DNA from: a virus
Taxonomy: Duplodnaviria > Caudoviricetes
Length of the DNA: 38,769 nt
IMG/VR virus record: IMGVR_UViG_3300036802_000314
Span: 1 to 38,769 of that record
Direction: 5' to 3' (one strand)
Shown here: positions 27,565-37,600 of the stretch, piece after piece
How positions within the stretch are numbered: the stretch's first letter is position 1
How the letters are laid out: every line of letters begins with the position of its first letter
The notes under the pieces: generated by a model
The model's input: only the letters and a program-made list of their open reading frames with translations
Told to the model about the DNA's origin: nothing
Database searches by the model: none
Program-made: the position numbers and the translations under genes

Positions 27565-27951
27565 ATGATTGTGATCGGTCAAGTATCAACGTCAGATAAA
27601 ACGGTGGGCAGTGTGAGGGTAGTCTTTCCAGATCGTGACGACTTGGTATCTGGCGAACTTCCTGTTATTACGCGCGGAGGCTGGGGGCGAGGAAACGCCG
27701 TACCACAGCCTGGAGAAACTGTACTATGTGTCTTTTTGAATAACAGTCGTAGTTCAGGTTATTGTCTAGGCACTTATTATGGATCTGAGGATAAGCTACC
27801 CGGGACAGCTGATCAGCATGGTATATGGTTTGAAGACGGCAGTTATGTTTACTATGACCGTGCAACTAAGACCCTTAATCTCAAAGCAGCCAGCGGCGTA
27901 CAGATTGACGGAAATCTGAAGGTAACCGGCACGATAACGAGTGGAGGATAA
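27565..27951 (+). CDS. Baseplate spike (gpV-like)
   Basis: VRVVFPDRDDLVS..PQPGETVLCVF..FEDGSYVYYD. Confidence 0.85.
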   Translation: MIVIGQVSTSDKTVGSVRVVFPDRDDLVSGELPVITRGGWGRGNAVPQPGETVLCVFLNNSRSSGYCLGTYYGSEDKLPGTADQHGIWFEDGSYVYYDRATKTLNLKAASGVQIDGNLKVTGTITSGG

Positions 27952-27975
27952 GGCATGGGAAGCCAAGATTATGTA

Positions 27976-28374
27976 ATGTCTAAGATTGGCAGTCTTGGTC
28001 CGGTTGTTTTTGTTGTTTCGGAAGGGGCTACTCGAACGATTGACGAGTTCACTCGTAATACTGCCGGACGTTGGGCACAGCATGATATCATCGGTAAAAA
28101 GCCTAAAAAGGAGTGGCTAGGACCGGGAATTGACTCGGTGTCGTTTTCGGTGCAGTTAGATGCGAGACTCGGACTGAATCCCCGAAAAGAGCTGGACAGA
28201 CTGACTGAGTTGGGTAGGGCAGGCAAGGCGCTACCGTTGATTATTGGACGTAAGGGTGTAGGAACTGGGCTCTGGATAATTACGGACATGTCTCAAGCTT
28301 GGGAGACCATGGACAATATTGGGAATGTCCTCACGTCGAATGTGAATATTACGCTGGAGGAGTATGTGAAATGA
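27976..28374 (+). CDS. P2 gpU-like tail protein
   Basis: IGSLGPVVF..WAQHDIIGKKP..GPG..ITLEEY. Confidence 0.85.
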   Translation: MSKIGSLGPVVFVVSEGATRTIDEFTRNTAGRWAQHDIIGKKPKKEWLGPGIDSVSFSVQLDARLGLNPRKELDRLTELGRAGKALPLIIGRKGVGTGLWIITDMSQAWETMDNIGNVLTSNVNITLEEYVK

Positions 28375-28703
28375 TCTATACCGTTGATATGACTCAGCCA
28401 TCGACAATCAATTTTGCGCCAGAGAGCAAAGCGGAGGAAGTGGCTCAGAACATCCGAACAATATTAACCACTCCGCTCGGTAGCGCACCGCTTGCCCGTG
28501 ACATCGGTCTGGATTACTCCATTATTGACGAACCTGGACCGATTGCCGAGGCAAGGACTGCAGCGGAGGTAACTACGGCAGTAGCAATGCAGGAACCGCG
28601 TGCGCAAATTGTAGAGGTATCCTTTAATGGGGTGTTGTCAGATGCCTTGACAGGACGCTTAAAGCCTGTGATCAAGTTTACACTGGCAGAAGGAGTGGAG
28701 TGA
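28371..28703 (+). CDS. Baseplate wedge gpW/gp25-like protein
   Basis: QNIRTILTTPLGSAPLARDIG..EPR. Confidence 0.88.
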   Translation: MIYTVDMTQPSTINFAPESKAEEVAQNIRTILTTPLGSAPLARDIGLDYSIIDEPGPIAEARTAAEVTTAVAMQEPRAQIVEVSFNGVLSDALTGRLKPVIKFTLAEGVE

Positions 28704-28704
28704 C

Positions 28705-29835
28705 TTGGTACAATATGTAGATTTGCCAGATATTCAGTTCGCTGCTGAAGATGCAGCAGACATACAACAAAATATTATTACCGTGTACGAGGGCATAACT
28801 GACCGTACACTTAAGCCTGCCGATCCGGTAAGGCTTTTTTTGTCTTCGCTAGCCGCCGTTATTGTTCAGCAGCGAGTGCTTATCAACCGGACAGCCAAGG
28901 GTAATTTGTTGCGTTATGCTTCTGGCGTATTACTAGATCAAAAGGCGGCGGATTATGGATTGGAGCGATTGGATGCAGCTGCAGCGATTACGACGATACA
29001 GTTTACGTTATCAATTCCGTTGTCTTCAGCTACATCTATACCGGTGGGAACAAGAATAGGACCACAGGGCGGTGAAGGATCTATTTACTTCATCACTACT
29101 GAGTATTTGGAGATCCCTGCCGGAGTAACAAGGGGAGTAGTTACAGCGGAGTGCTCAGAAAGCGGGATTGCTGGGAATGGATTTTTGCCAGGACAGATTA
29201 ACGTCTTAATGGACCCTAGACCATTTGTACAGTCTGTCACCAATTTGACCACTAGTAGCGGTGGCGCGGCGGAAGAGGTGGACGCTGCCTTTAAGGAGCG
29301 AATACGTGCAGCTCCAGATTCCTATAGTACAGCAGGTGCGCAAGGGTCTTATGAGTTTTGGGCAAAATCTACGTCCTCAGCAATATTGGACGTTCACGCT
29401 TTTTCACCTAGAGATAATGAAGTTGAGGTAGTGCCATTACTTATCGGTGGGCAGATTCCTGGACAAGACGTACTTGACGCGGTTGCTGATGTGCTCAATG
29501 ACCGTTATATCAGACCTCTAACGGATAAAGTTTCTGTTAGGGCTCCGACGGCAGTGACTTACAATACGACTGCTATGTATTACATCAATCGAAGTCGAGC
29601 GGCAGAGGTGACAAGCATACAGTCAGCAGTAGTGGCGGCTGTTGATGCGTACCATGTATGGCAGCGTTCTAAGCTCGGGCGACACATTAATCCATCGGAG
29701 TTAATTGCTCGAATTATGGCAGCTGGAGCTATGCGTGTTGTCGTTACTGCACCGGTTTATAAGGAGCTGACGGCCGTACAGGTCGCACAGGAGGGTACTG
29801 CAACAATTTCCTATGGGGGGCTGGTGGATGATTAA
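28705..29835 (+). CDS. Baseplate J protein
   Basis: GGAAEEVDAAFKERI..STAGAQGSYEFWA..RPLTDKV. Confidence 0.92.
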   Translation: MVQYVDLPDIQFAAEDAADIQQNIITVYEGITDRTLKPADPVRLFLSSLAAVIVQQRVLINRTAKGNLLRYASGVLLDQKAADYGLERLDAAAAITTIQFTLSIPLSSATSIPVGTRIGPQGGEGSIYFITTEYLEIPAGVTRGVVTAECSESGIAGNGFLPGQINVLMDPRPFVQSVTNLTTSSGGAAEEVDAAFKERIRAAPDSYSTAGAQGSYEFWAKSTSSAILDVHAFSPRDNEVEVVPLLIGGQIPGQDVLDAVADVLNDRYIRPLTDKVSVRAPTAVTYNTTAMYYINRSRAAEVTSIQSAVVAAVDAYHVWQRSKLGRHINPSELIARIMAAGAMRVVVTAPVYKELTAVQVAQEGTATISYGGLVDD

Positions 29836-30694
29836 TTTAAAATCCGCGAGTCTTCTTGATATTTTACCGCCATCTCTAAGTTCAGACCCAGCAATGACCG
29901 CAGCAGCAACAGCTTTGGATGCTCAGCTCCAGGAAACCACTGTTCTAATTTCTATCCTAGATATTTTAGGGAGATCAGCTGAGTGGTCTGACACTGAAGC
30001 GGATGAATTGGCCTGGCAATACAATACGCCTTACTATGATCCCGATTTATTTTTGGAGCAAAGGCGACGCTTGGTCAAAAACTCAATTCCTCTACACCGT
30101 CATAAGGGTACTCCAGGAGCTCTTGAAAATGTTCTCTCCATCATCTTCAAAAATGCCCAGGTAGTAGAGTGGTTTGAATACGGGGGAGCACCGGGACACT
30201 TTAAGGTATCAATCCAAGAGATTATAAATTTGGATGTATACAGTAAGGCGATTGCCGCAATCAACTCGGTTAAAAATGTGCGGAGTGTCTTGGACACCAT
30301 CGAAACCGTATTTGAGTATAGCCGTGGTTTGGAAATCTCGAACGGTTACTCAACACTCAGTTACCCATATCAGGCATTTGCAAGCCAAACGCTTTATGCA
30401 GGAGTTCCGTACAACGGTCCAGCCGTTGTCAATGTCCCAACAGCACCAGTATATAACAGCGGAACAATAGAGGAGACCAGTACTTTCACTCGAACCCTGC
30501 AAGCATCTTATCCAATTACTGGACTTATCTATGTTGGTAGCAGCGGGGTTATAATCCCACCTATGATTAGACCGGACGATCAGGCAGCGAACTACAGTAG
30601 CGGAGAAGAATTTAGCAGTTCCTATCAGACAAAGCTGCAGGAGACTTACAAGCTTGTAGGTACAATTTATTCAGGAGGGGAGTTGATTAAATAA
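29828..30694 (+). CDS. Baseplate gpI-like protein with a repeated C-terminal extension
   Basis: LAWQ..HRHKGT..EWFEYGGAPGHF..KNVRS. Confidence 0.85.
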   Translation: MINLKSASLLDILPPSLSSDPAMTAAATALDAQLQETTVLISILDILGRSAEWSDTEADELAWQYNTPYYDPDLFLEQRRRLVKNSIPLHRHKGTPGALENVLSIIFKNAQVVEWFEYGGAPGHFKVSIQEIINLDVYSKAIAAINSVKNVRSVLDTIETVFEYSRGLEISNGYSTLSYPYQAFASQTLYAGVPYNGPAVVNVPTAPVYNSGTIEETSTFTRTLQASYPITGLIYVGSSGVIIPPMIRPDDQAANYSSGEEFSSSYQTKLQETYKLVGTIYSGGELIK

Positions 30695-30991
30695 ATGGCA
30701 CTGACAACAGTAGCTTTAACTAAAACAAAAGCTTGGTTTCAGAATATGATCTCGCATGGAACTTATACAATTGGGAATGTAACGACAAATATGCCTATTC
30801 ATTCCTTATCGTTGACAGGGGACGTTATCACATTGCGATTTCTTCTGGCTGACAACGTGAGTGGTAATATTACACGTTTTCGAGTGATCGACAAAGACGG
30901 AGAGATTTTCGATGATCAGCCGGATTCGATTCAGAAACCTGCCATCAATGGTCTTTTAATAACTTTTAAGTACACAATTTCGAAAGTATAG
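30695..30991 (+). CDS. Small tail/baseplate-associated protein
   Basis: 98-aa beta-rich ORF between gpI and the fibre. Confidence 0.65.
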   Translation: MALTTVALTKTKAWFQNMISHGTYTIGNVTTNMPIHSLSLTGDVITLRFLLADNVSGNITRFRVIDKDGEIFDDQPDSIQKPAINGLLITFKYTISKV

Positions 30992-31006
30992 GGGGACTGT
31001 TCATAA

Positions 31007-34000
31007 ATGACCATATATAGCAAAACAGCTTGGAAAGACCATATCGTAGACAGTGGCGGGCAAGTAGTCCAGCAGGGTACGCCTTTAAGCGCTGGAAACC
31101 TTTTGAAGCTGGAAGAGGGCCTGGCCAATGCGACAGCGTTAACGGCTGGAGAACTAGGAGCGGCTAACGCTCACAGCGGCGTTTTACAGCACATTTCTGC
31201 GATTAACCCGGCCTTTATTGGGATTTCGGCCGAGCATTTACCGGGGCAGGTATACGTACCGAACCCCGCACAGCAGCTTAATAACACCTCATTCCCTGGT
31301 TCTATTAATGGGCTGCGTATGGGGCCTATAGACGCGCTGATCGCGGGGCATAGGTTACGGGTAGTCAATTACGGGAACTTGGAACTAGGCGTATTATTCT
31401 ACCTTCCCGAGCCGCCTACCGAAGGAACCCGCGACGACCTTGTTTTTTTAGAAGCCTGGCGGGATCAAACGACGCAGGAATGGAAAAGCCGTATTCGTAC
31501 TGTAGCTGGCGTAGACTTTACCTCTACCCCAAATACGGACGGATTCACTTATCCTATAAACACAGCAAAAGGCGCCGTAGCACAGGCCCAAGGGGGAAAT
31601 ACCGAACCGCTCAATTACCCTATAGGAAACTTTTACACAGACCCTATACACAAATGGGGCGGTTTTTACGGCGTGAACCAACGAAAAGGAGCGCAGCCAG
31701 CCGGCAAAAAGGTTTATCTGGAAGACGTAGGCCTGTTCATGGCAGGAGAGGGCGACACTGCAAGTAAAACTGCACTAAAAACCTACGACGGCTACGTATA
31801 TGCAATCCCGTTATTTAAAGTTAACCGGAGGAATACAGGTGGTTATAGTGTGAATAATCCGAATGGAGCTAGAGTTTACAAACCCGTAGGCATTATAACG
31901 GATGCGGACGGAATAGCACCACAAGCGACTGAAACAGTTACTTTATCCAGCGGGTATACCATGGGCGAAATTAAGGCGGGGGATCGCCTGGTTGATAGTT
32001 TCGGTAACTTATATTTTGAGGTTGTCACGGTTCTTTCTTCTACGTCCCTATCTGTTAAAAACCTAAGATCGGTTACGGTCATAGGATCAATAAGCCCGCT
32101 TAGTTTACCGACTTTACGACCAGACAACCTATACGCTAACATCATCGACGAACGCGACATAACCGACCTACGGCACAAGACGTACCTGGTAGCACCGTGC
32201 TATGAACAGCTACTGATAGACGGTACAGACCAAATCCTTCGCGGTGCGTCCCAGGTTGATCGTAAAAAGGCAATGCGGAAAACTTACGTAGGTGTACGAA
32301 AAACACCTCTGGATGCTAATCATTTATTTTATGCGTCATTTGATGGTACAGTAACAGCCGAGATCGGTGGGCCTACCAGCGTAAAGGCTGTCTACGCACC
32401 TAGCGCTACGGGTGCAGGTAAAGTTATGCAAGAAGCCGATAAACTTGTAACCACGGTATCCGGTCCGAAGGTTACGGTAGAAGCCTTTTTCCGTACATCG
32501 GAATTATTCCGGGTTATCGGCGGAGCCAACCCTCGAACCATTTTCAAAATGATCTATGATGCTGGTACACTTGCAAACTTCAATTTGGCTAAACATCCAA
32601 CGTTAGCCAACGCGTTTTATGTTTTGGGTAGTGTTGTTACTGTAGCCATACCAAATACAGGTTTTACACACCTTAGATTCACCTATAACGCAGACACACA
32701 CCTGCTTTCGTTTTACGTTAACGGGACTTTAGCTGCCTCATATACTGCGGCATCAACTATTAATAACATTGCCGAAGTATGGGCTGGCGAGATTGTGAAC
32801 TGGGGTTACCTAGGCGTCATGTCTGACTTTGCTGTAAGTAACATTGACCGGGGCGCGACCTTTGCCACACTTCCTGCTGACTTTATCGCAGGGTATGCGG
32901 ATATTACAGCCGCCTTAAGCGACCAGCGCCGGATCAATAGTGATGCTCAAACTTCCCAGAAATCGTATGCAGCAGCCAAAGTGAAGAACCAGCCGCAAGA
33001 GCGCTGCATAACAGTTACAAAGGGAACCGGCACGAATACGGCAACCTGGGAAGCTGGGGACAAGATCAAGGTAAAAGGTCTAGCAGGCGAGATTATCAGC
33101 GGGGTGATTGATAGCGATACGGCCTTAGCAACTATTCGACCTAACCCTAATGGCTCCAACTACGCAGGTTCGCCAGTAACCGTTTATGTTGACGATGTTA
33201 GTAAACTGTCAGTGGGCGATAAGTTCACAGCACCGTCCATAGGAAATGCAGTACAAACTATATCAGCCATTGATACGACAGCAAAAACAGTCACTTTTGA
33301 TAACCCGTCGGGATGGGTAATTAGTACCGCAATCACTCCCACAACGATTTATGAAATAACAGCCAGCAGCTCCAGCCCTGTAGTTCGTGCAATCATTGCC
33401 GGTTCTTCGACTCCTGTACCCGGAACTTGGACAGCCCTTGGAACGAACGAAGCCGAAATAACTCTGGTAACCCCACCTGTTGGACTAGTCTCCCAGGATA
33501 TCATTATTGAGTACAGTCTTAACATGCCAGCGGGCCAGGGATCGTTGTATCAGGTGTACACGAAGATCCTGGAAGGGGAAGCGAACGGTAAGCGGCTAAT
33601 CCCTGCCGTGACTGCCGTAGTAGATGACTTTGTGGGCAAAGTCGCAGGAAGTACAATTACATGCCCGAATAAGGCTTATAGCGCATTAAATGGTACGACG
33701 TCTACACCATCCGCACCGGGTACAGAATTTACCCAAGCCGAATACGACGCGGTTAAGCTGACGGATAATTCGCTAAAAACGGTAACTACAACAGTTAATG
33801 GGCAGCAGGCGGCCGTTATCGCATCCTTTGATGTGGTTCGTCTGTTTGAGGACAAGTATGGAAAGATTCCGGGAGCTTATAGCCTAAGCGAGAAAATCGC
33901 CTGGATTAAATCCAACATTGCAGCCATCGGGGGCGCTGCAATAGGAACTGCAGCAGGTCCCGATGGCTCAAAGCATTCCCTGGGAGCCTGGGCCGTAACT

Positions 34001-34849
34001 AATGCCGCATTTATGTACGCAAACAGTGCCACACCTAGCGGGGTATCTACTATCGTCTGGGAAGTGTCTAACGGCAGCCAGTCTAATTTTATTGACGCTA
34101 ACGGCTTTTTCCACCTAATTTACTATACTGACGCTTCAAACGGTGTAACCGCGTCAACGGTAAGCCTTGATTATGTATACGCATATCTGCGGCTGGTTAG
34201 CCGGGCAGGGTATGAGCTGCTGGTCCCCGAAAATAATCGCCGGGACGCAGGCCTAGGCGGGGCGTTGTACGTCCGCAGACAGACCCGTGAAGTGGAAAGC
34301 CTGTTTTCTGGGAACGACGAAGATAACGGTATTATGGTTATCGGGGATTATGTACCTACGCAGGAAATCGCAACGGCCACATTGAGCGATACACAGGACG
34401 TATTGATAGGGATGCAGGGCTTTGTCACAACGGCAGGAACAAACCGGGCATACGATACCGGCGGTACGATTCGGCTGGCGAATGCAATTTCCCGGGTGCT
34501 AGGTCCAGGGGATGATTTGAATTACAAGGTCGATCCGCAAACGTTAGTAAGTACAGCAGCCTATGACCGGAGTGCAGCTGCCGGAGTCCTTCGGTACTGG
34601 TATCCTGATCTTCCTTATGGGTGGGGTGCAAGTATCGCAGTCTTTTCGGCTGGAGTTCCTACCTGGGCCACGAATATTGCGGAATTTCTTATCGGGATGC
34701 CTTCCTTGGTAATCTTAAATGGTGAATTGTTGATAATGATTCGATGCAGAAAACGTAGCAGTATGTCCGATATCGGGCTGGGTGGTGACGGTGGAGCAGG
34801 TTTTGTAAGGTACTTCCGGCTGCCGGGCCGCCCACTAATCAAAAACTAA
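31007..34849 (+). CDS. Tail fibre / receptor-binding protein with a LamG/ConA-like segment
   Basis: WKDHIVD..QQGTPLSAGNL N-terminus; RDDLVFLEAW; FTHLRFTY..FYVNG; 1280 aa. Confidence 0.8.
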   Translation: MTIYSKTAWKDHIVDSGGQVVQQGTPLSAGNLLKLEEGLANATALTAGELGAANAHSGVLQHISAINPAFIGISAEHLPGQVYVPNPAQQLNNTSFPGSINGLRMGPIDALIAGHRLRVVNYGNLELGVLFYLPEPPTEGTRDDLVFLEAWRDQTTQEWKSRIRTVAGVDFTSTPNTDGFTYPINTAKGAVAQAQGGNTEPLNYPIGNFYTDPIHKWGGFYGVNQRKGAQPAGKKVYLEDVGLFMAGEGDTASKTALKTYDGYVYAIPLFKVNRRNTGGYSVNNPNGARVYKPVGIITDADGIAPQATETVTLSSGYTMGEIKAGDRLVDSFGNLYFEVVTVLSSTSLSVKNLRSVTVIGSISPLSLPTLRPDNLYANIIDERDITDLRHKTYLVAPCYEQLLIDGTDQILRGASQVDRKKAMRKTYVGVRKTPLDANHLFYASFDGTVTAEIGGPTSVKAVYAPSATGAGKVMQEADKLVTTVSGPKVTVEAFFRTSELFRVIGGANPRTIFKMIYDAGTLANFNLAKHPTLANAFYVLGSVVTVAIPNTGFTHLRFTYNADTHLLSFYVNGTLAASYTAASTINNIAEVWAGEIVNWGYLGVMSDFAVSNIDRGATFATLPADFIAGYADITAALSDQRRINSDAQTSQKSYAAAKVKNQPQERCITVTKGTGTNTATWEAGDKIKVKGLAGEIISGVIDSDTALATIRPNPNGSNYAGSPVTVYVDDVSKLSVGDKFTAPSIGNAVQTISAIDTTAKTVTFDNPSGWVISTAITPTTIYEITASSSSPVVRAIIAGSSTPVPGTWTALGTNEAEITLVTPPVGLVSQDIIIEYSLNMPAGQGSLYQVYTKILEGEANGKRLIPAVTAVVDDFVGKVAGSTITCPNKAYSALNGTTSTPSAPGTEFTQAEYDAVKLTDNSLKTVTTTVNGQQAAVIASFDVVRLFEDKYGKIPGAYSLSEKIAWIKSNIAAIGGAAIGTAAGPDGSKHSLGAWAVTNAAFMYANSATPSGVSTIVWEVSNGSQSNFIDANGFFHLIYYTDASNGVTASTVSLDYVYAYLRLVSRAGYELLVPENNRRDAGLGGALYVRRQTREVESLFSGNDEDNGIMVIGDYVPTQEIATATLSDTQDVLIGMQGFVTTAGTNRAYDTGGTIRLANAISRVLGPGDDLNYKVDPQTLVSTAAYDRSAAAGVLRYWYPDLPYGWGASIAVFSAGVPTWATNIAEFLIGMPSLVILNGELLIMIRCRKRSSMSDIGLGGDGGAGFVRYFRLPGRPLIKN

Positions 34850-34862
34850 GGAGGATTACCGT

Positions 34863-35669
34863 ATGGATAACGTTACATTTAGCCGAACCGATCACACTGT
34901 TACCGGGCTTAATCGTCCGGCTGGTCCTTTTGAATATTTTTTAGCCTTGCCCTTCCCGATCACAGTCACGAAGTCAATAGCTGGGGTTAACGGGGAGAAA
35001 CAGAAGACAGACGAAAAGGGACAGCTGATATACAAAGGCGACCTGGCTGCAGACGATAACGGACTGGAAACGTACAACGAAGTTACTACCGCCCGAGTCG
35101 CTACAGCCTGGAATGAAGTAAGCCAGGACTATAAGCTAGTCAACGAAGACGGCAGCACGACGCCGATTACGAACAAGGCAAAGGTCGCCACAGCCTGGGA
35201 CGATCTACAGCCAGTTATGGTTCCGAACGTTGTCTACAATAGTGTATCTTTTGCAGAGCAGCCCAGCCTGTTCACCTTCGACGAGCTGAACGCCGCGAAG
35301 TGTGCGAGTTTAGAGAAAGCCTACAAAGGAAAGCTGCTGCTTTATTATGACGAAGACTTTAGCCTGGAAAACTTCGCGGTAGACCTGGCAGAGCATGCCG
35401 CTAACATGGGGGACGGTGTAATTGCCCTTCATCCCCGCGGCAAATGCAGAACAGTTAAACTGCCGCTAGGGGAAAGCGTGGATAAGGTTCAGCTGTACCT
35501 GGAAGCCCAGGACGGGATAAGCGTCGAAGTGGGGGCCACTGCAGGTAGCTTAACTGCCGTCGTAGATGGAGCTGCGCAGCTGCCAAATGCAGCAGACGCG
35601 TTGTATATACGCTTTACTAACACCACAGACAGTTATAAAGAGGTCTACGCCTTTGGAATTTTGGGATAA
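34863..35669 (+). CDS. Tail-fibre-associated protein
   Basis: 268 aa directly after the fibre; AGGAGG SD. Confidence 0.6.
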   Translation: MDNVTFSRTDHTVTGLNRPAGPFEYFLALPFPITVTKSIAGVNGEKQKTDEKGQLIYKGDLAADDNGLETYNEVTTARVATAWNEVSQDYKLVNEDGSTTPITNKAKVATAWDDLQPVMVPNVVYNSVSFAEQPSLFTFDELNAAKCASLEKAYKGKLLLYYDEDFSLENFAVDLAEHAANMGDGVIALHPRGKCRTVKLPLGESVDKVQLYLEAQDGISVEVGATAGSLTAVVDGAAQLPNAADALYIRFTNTTDSYKEVYAFGILG

Positions 35670-35685
35670 AGCAAGCATTACAGAT

Positions 35686-35740
35686 AGCGCCACATGGGCG
35701 TTTTTATTTTGCCCTCATAGCTGTTACGGGGGCTATTTAT
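35686..35740 (+). terminator. Tandem hairpins / weak terminator before the lysis cassette
   Basis: AGCGCC-ACATG-GGCGTT-TTTATTT, then GCCCTC..GGGGGC. Confidence 0.45.
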
Positions 35741-35755
35741 TGAGGGGGAGATAAG

Positions 35756-36055
35756 GTGGAGCCTACAACAATCATAGCAATGATTGCGGCAATAAGTGGG
35801 GTTGTTTTGGGGTGGACGGGGAAAACCCAGGCATTTAAAAAAGAAGTTGCTCAAGAGGCTGGCAACGGCGCATCACTGCGTACTGACGTTGAATACATCA
35901 AGCGTGGTGTGGATGATATGCGGCTGGAACAACGAGCACAAGGTCAGAGGTTCGATGTTCTCGCTGAACGTGTGACACGTATTGAAGAAGCTTCTAAATC
36001 TTATCACAAACGTCTGGATCGATTCGAAGAAAATAGAAGGGGGGATTTATCGTAA
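35756..36055 (+). CDS. Lysis-cassette membrane protein (one TM plus coiled coil)
   Basis: N-terminal TM; DVEYIKRGVDD..ERVTRIEE..HKRLD. Confidence 0.75.
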   Translation: MEPTTIIAMIAAISGVVLGWTGKTQAFKKEVAQEAGNGASLRTDVEYIKRGVDDMRLEQRAQGQRFDVLAERVTRIEEASKSYHKRLDRFEENRRGDLS

Positions 36056-36333
36056 TGGAATGGAATGCAGTAGCAAATTTTATTAAACCGGAATTATTAA
36101 TCGTCGTGGCAGTCTGCTGGATCTTCGGGTATATGCTTAAGCAAACACCGCGAGTGCCGGACTGGACAATCATTTACGCGGTCACTTTAGTTGCAATTAT
36201 CTTAGTCGTACTGATTACTGGCTTTAACGTGGATAGTGTACTTCAAGCGATATTATGTAGTGCAGTAGCTGTGTACGGCAATCAGTTGGTTAAGCAAACC
36301 AAAAAAGGCACTGATGAAAATAAATCTGCATAG
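36055..36333 (+). CDS. Holin
   Basis: Three hydrophobic segments; PELLIVV..VPDWTI..YGNQLVKQ. Confidence 0.85.
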   Translation: MEWNAVANFIKPELLIVVAVCWIFGYMLKQTPRVPDWTIIYAVTLVAIILVVLITGFNVDSVLQAILCSAVAVYGNQLVKQTKKGTDENKSA

Positions 36334-36344
36334 GAGGATGGGAA

Positions 36345-36971
36345 ATGAATCGTAAAATATCACGAGTGGGAATCGACCTTATCAAATCATTCGAGGGCTG
36401 CCGCCTGAAGGCGTACAAGCCCGTACCCACAGAAACCTATTATACAATCGGATGGGGCCACTATGGCCCTGATGTCAAAGAAGGGATGTCCATCACGCAG
36501 GTGAAGGCTGACAGTATGTTAGTTTCCGATCTAGCAAAGTACGAATCGTATGTTAATGATCCAGACTATGTGCCGGTTACAGCCCAGCTTAATCAGAATC
36601 AATTTGATGCTCTGGTGAGCTTCTGCTACAACTGCGGCAACGGTAGCTTAAAAAAGCTTTGTGTTGGTCGGACGATAACGGAGATCGCTCAAAACATCAC
36701 TAAGTACAACAAGGGTGGAGGTAACATACTGGCGGGGTTGGTGCGTCGTCGCAAGGCTGAGTTGGATCTATTCAATAAGACCGTAGAGGCGGTCAAGGAG
36801 GACGAGAAATTGGAACTGACTACTTATCAGTGGGGCACGTTACGTGTTCAGGTTAAGGCATTGCTAGACGAAGGGAAGATCAATGACACATCTTGGTTAA
36901 ATAAGATTGATAAAAAGACGCTGACAGTATCAGAACTTACATGGCTGACGTTTACAGTTGCTAAAAAATAA
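36345..36971 (+). CDS. Endolysin, GH24 lysozyme
   Basis: IKSFEGCRLKAY..TIGWGH..NQFDALVSFCYNCG..GLVRRRKAE. Confidence 0.93.
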   Translation: MNRKISRVGIDLIKSFEGCRLKAYKPVPTETYYTIGWGHYGPDVKEGMSITQVKADSMLVSDLAKYESYVNDPDYVPVTAQLNQNQFDALVSFCYNCGNGSLKKLCVGRTITEIAQNITKYNKGGGNILAGLVRRRKAELDLFNKTVEAVKEDEKLELTTYQWGTLRVQVKALLDEGKINDTSWLNKIDKKTLTVSELTWLTFTVAKK

Positions 36972-36987
36972 GAAACAGGAGACTATC

Positions 36988-37010
36988 AAATCTCAAGCGT
37001 TTGGAATTTT
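36988..37010. repeat. Dispersed palindrome copy 4
   Basis: AAATCTCAAGCGTTTGGAATTTT, abutting the terminator. Confidence 0.7.
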
Positions 37011-37039
37011 GCCCACTGGCTTCGGCTGGTGGGCTTTTT
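37011..37039 (+). terminator. Late operon terminator (possibly bidirectional)
   Basis: GCCCACTGGC-TTCG-GCTGGTGGGC-TTTTT. Confidence 0.9.
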
Positions 37040-37108
37040 GTGTTTTCAAGGAACAATGTATGTTAAGCCATTATTGGCCGCAATGCCATGCGGCCATGGG
37101 TTTATCTT

Positions 37109-37192
37109 TCAACGCTTCTTTGCTTTGACCAGCGCTACCAGAGACACGACCAGCGCCGACACAATGACTATCCAGGTGATTACGTTCAGCAT
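37109..37192 (-). CDS. 27-aa single-TM peptide (not in the ORF track)
   Basis: AAGGAGG SD; MLNVITWIVIVSALVVSLVALVKAKKR. Confidence 0.65.
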   Translation of the reverse strand: MLNVITWIVIVSALVVSLVALVKAKKR

Positions 37193-37228
37193 ATAGTTTC
37201 CTCCTTTAGAGGGGCCGTAGCCCCTGCG

Positions 37229-37348
37229 TTACTTAAAGAAAATCTTTGAAACTGATGGTGACTGTTCGAGATCAAAAAGCTCATCCTCTGTCACCCAAAT
37301 TTGATTTGATCCACCAAAATTCCAGAGAACTATAGCTAATCTCGCCAT
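37229..37348 (-). CDS. 39-aa peptide (not in the ORF track)
   Basis: AGGAGG SD; MARLAIVLWNFGGSNQIWVTEDELFDLEQSPSVSKIFFK. Confidence 0.6.
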   Translation of the reverse strand: MARLAIVLWNFGGSNQIWVTEDELFDLEQSPSVSKIFFK

Positions 37349-37383
37349 TTTCTTATTTCCTCCTGTGTATGCCCGCTGGCTAA

Positions 37384-37600
37384 TTGTATCGTTCAAACCG
37401 TTTATGTTATGATTGGGTGGAGAGCAAGGGGTGCAACCCTTACTCTCCGGGAACCTATTTACGTTTGCGTGGTCCGCGGCGTTTTTTGGTTCCTTTCTTT
37501 TTGTCCTTCAGCAGCAGCGTTGCGGTAATGAGTTGAATGATTGCTGTAAGGAGCGTAACCCAATCTTTCATGTGCCTTGTTCACCTCCTTTCTTATCTTA
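37384..37600 (+). ncRNA. Candidate antisense antitoxin RNA and its promoter; 3' end unknown
   Basis: TTGTAT-18bp-TATGAT with extended TGn -10 (37405-37413), firing into a 12-bp hairpin (37419-37448) and antisense across the toxin-like ORF. Confidence 0.5.
37455..37571 (-). CDS. 38-aa type I toxin-like peptide (TM plus polybasic tail; not in the ORF track)
   Basis: AAGGAGGTGA SD; MKDWVTLLTAIIQLITATLLLKDKKKGTKKRRGPRKRK. Confidence 0.75.
   Translation of the reverse strand: MKDWVTLLTAIIQLITATLLLKDKKKGTKKRRGPRKRK

Noticed and set aside
31007-35669. Diversity-generating retroelement or invertible fibre cassette
   Set aside because: No reverse transcriptase, TR/VR pair or invertase seen in the window
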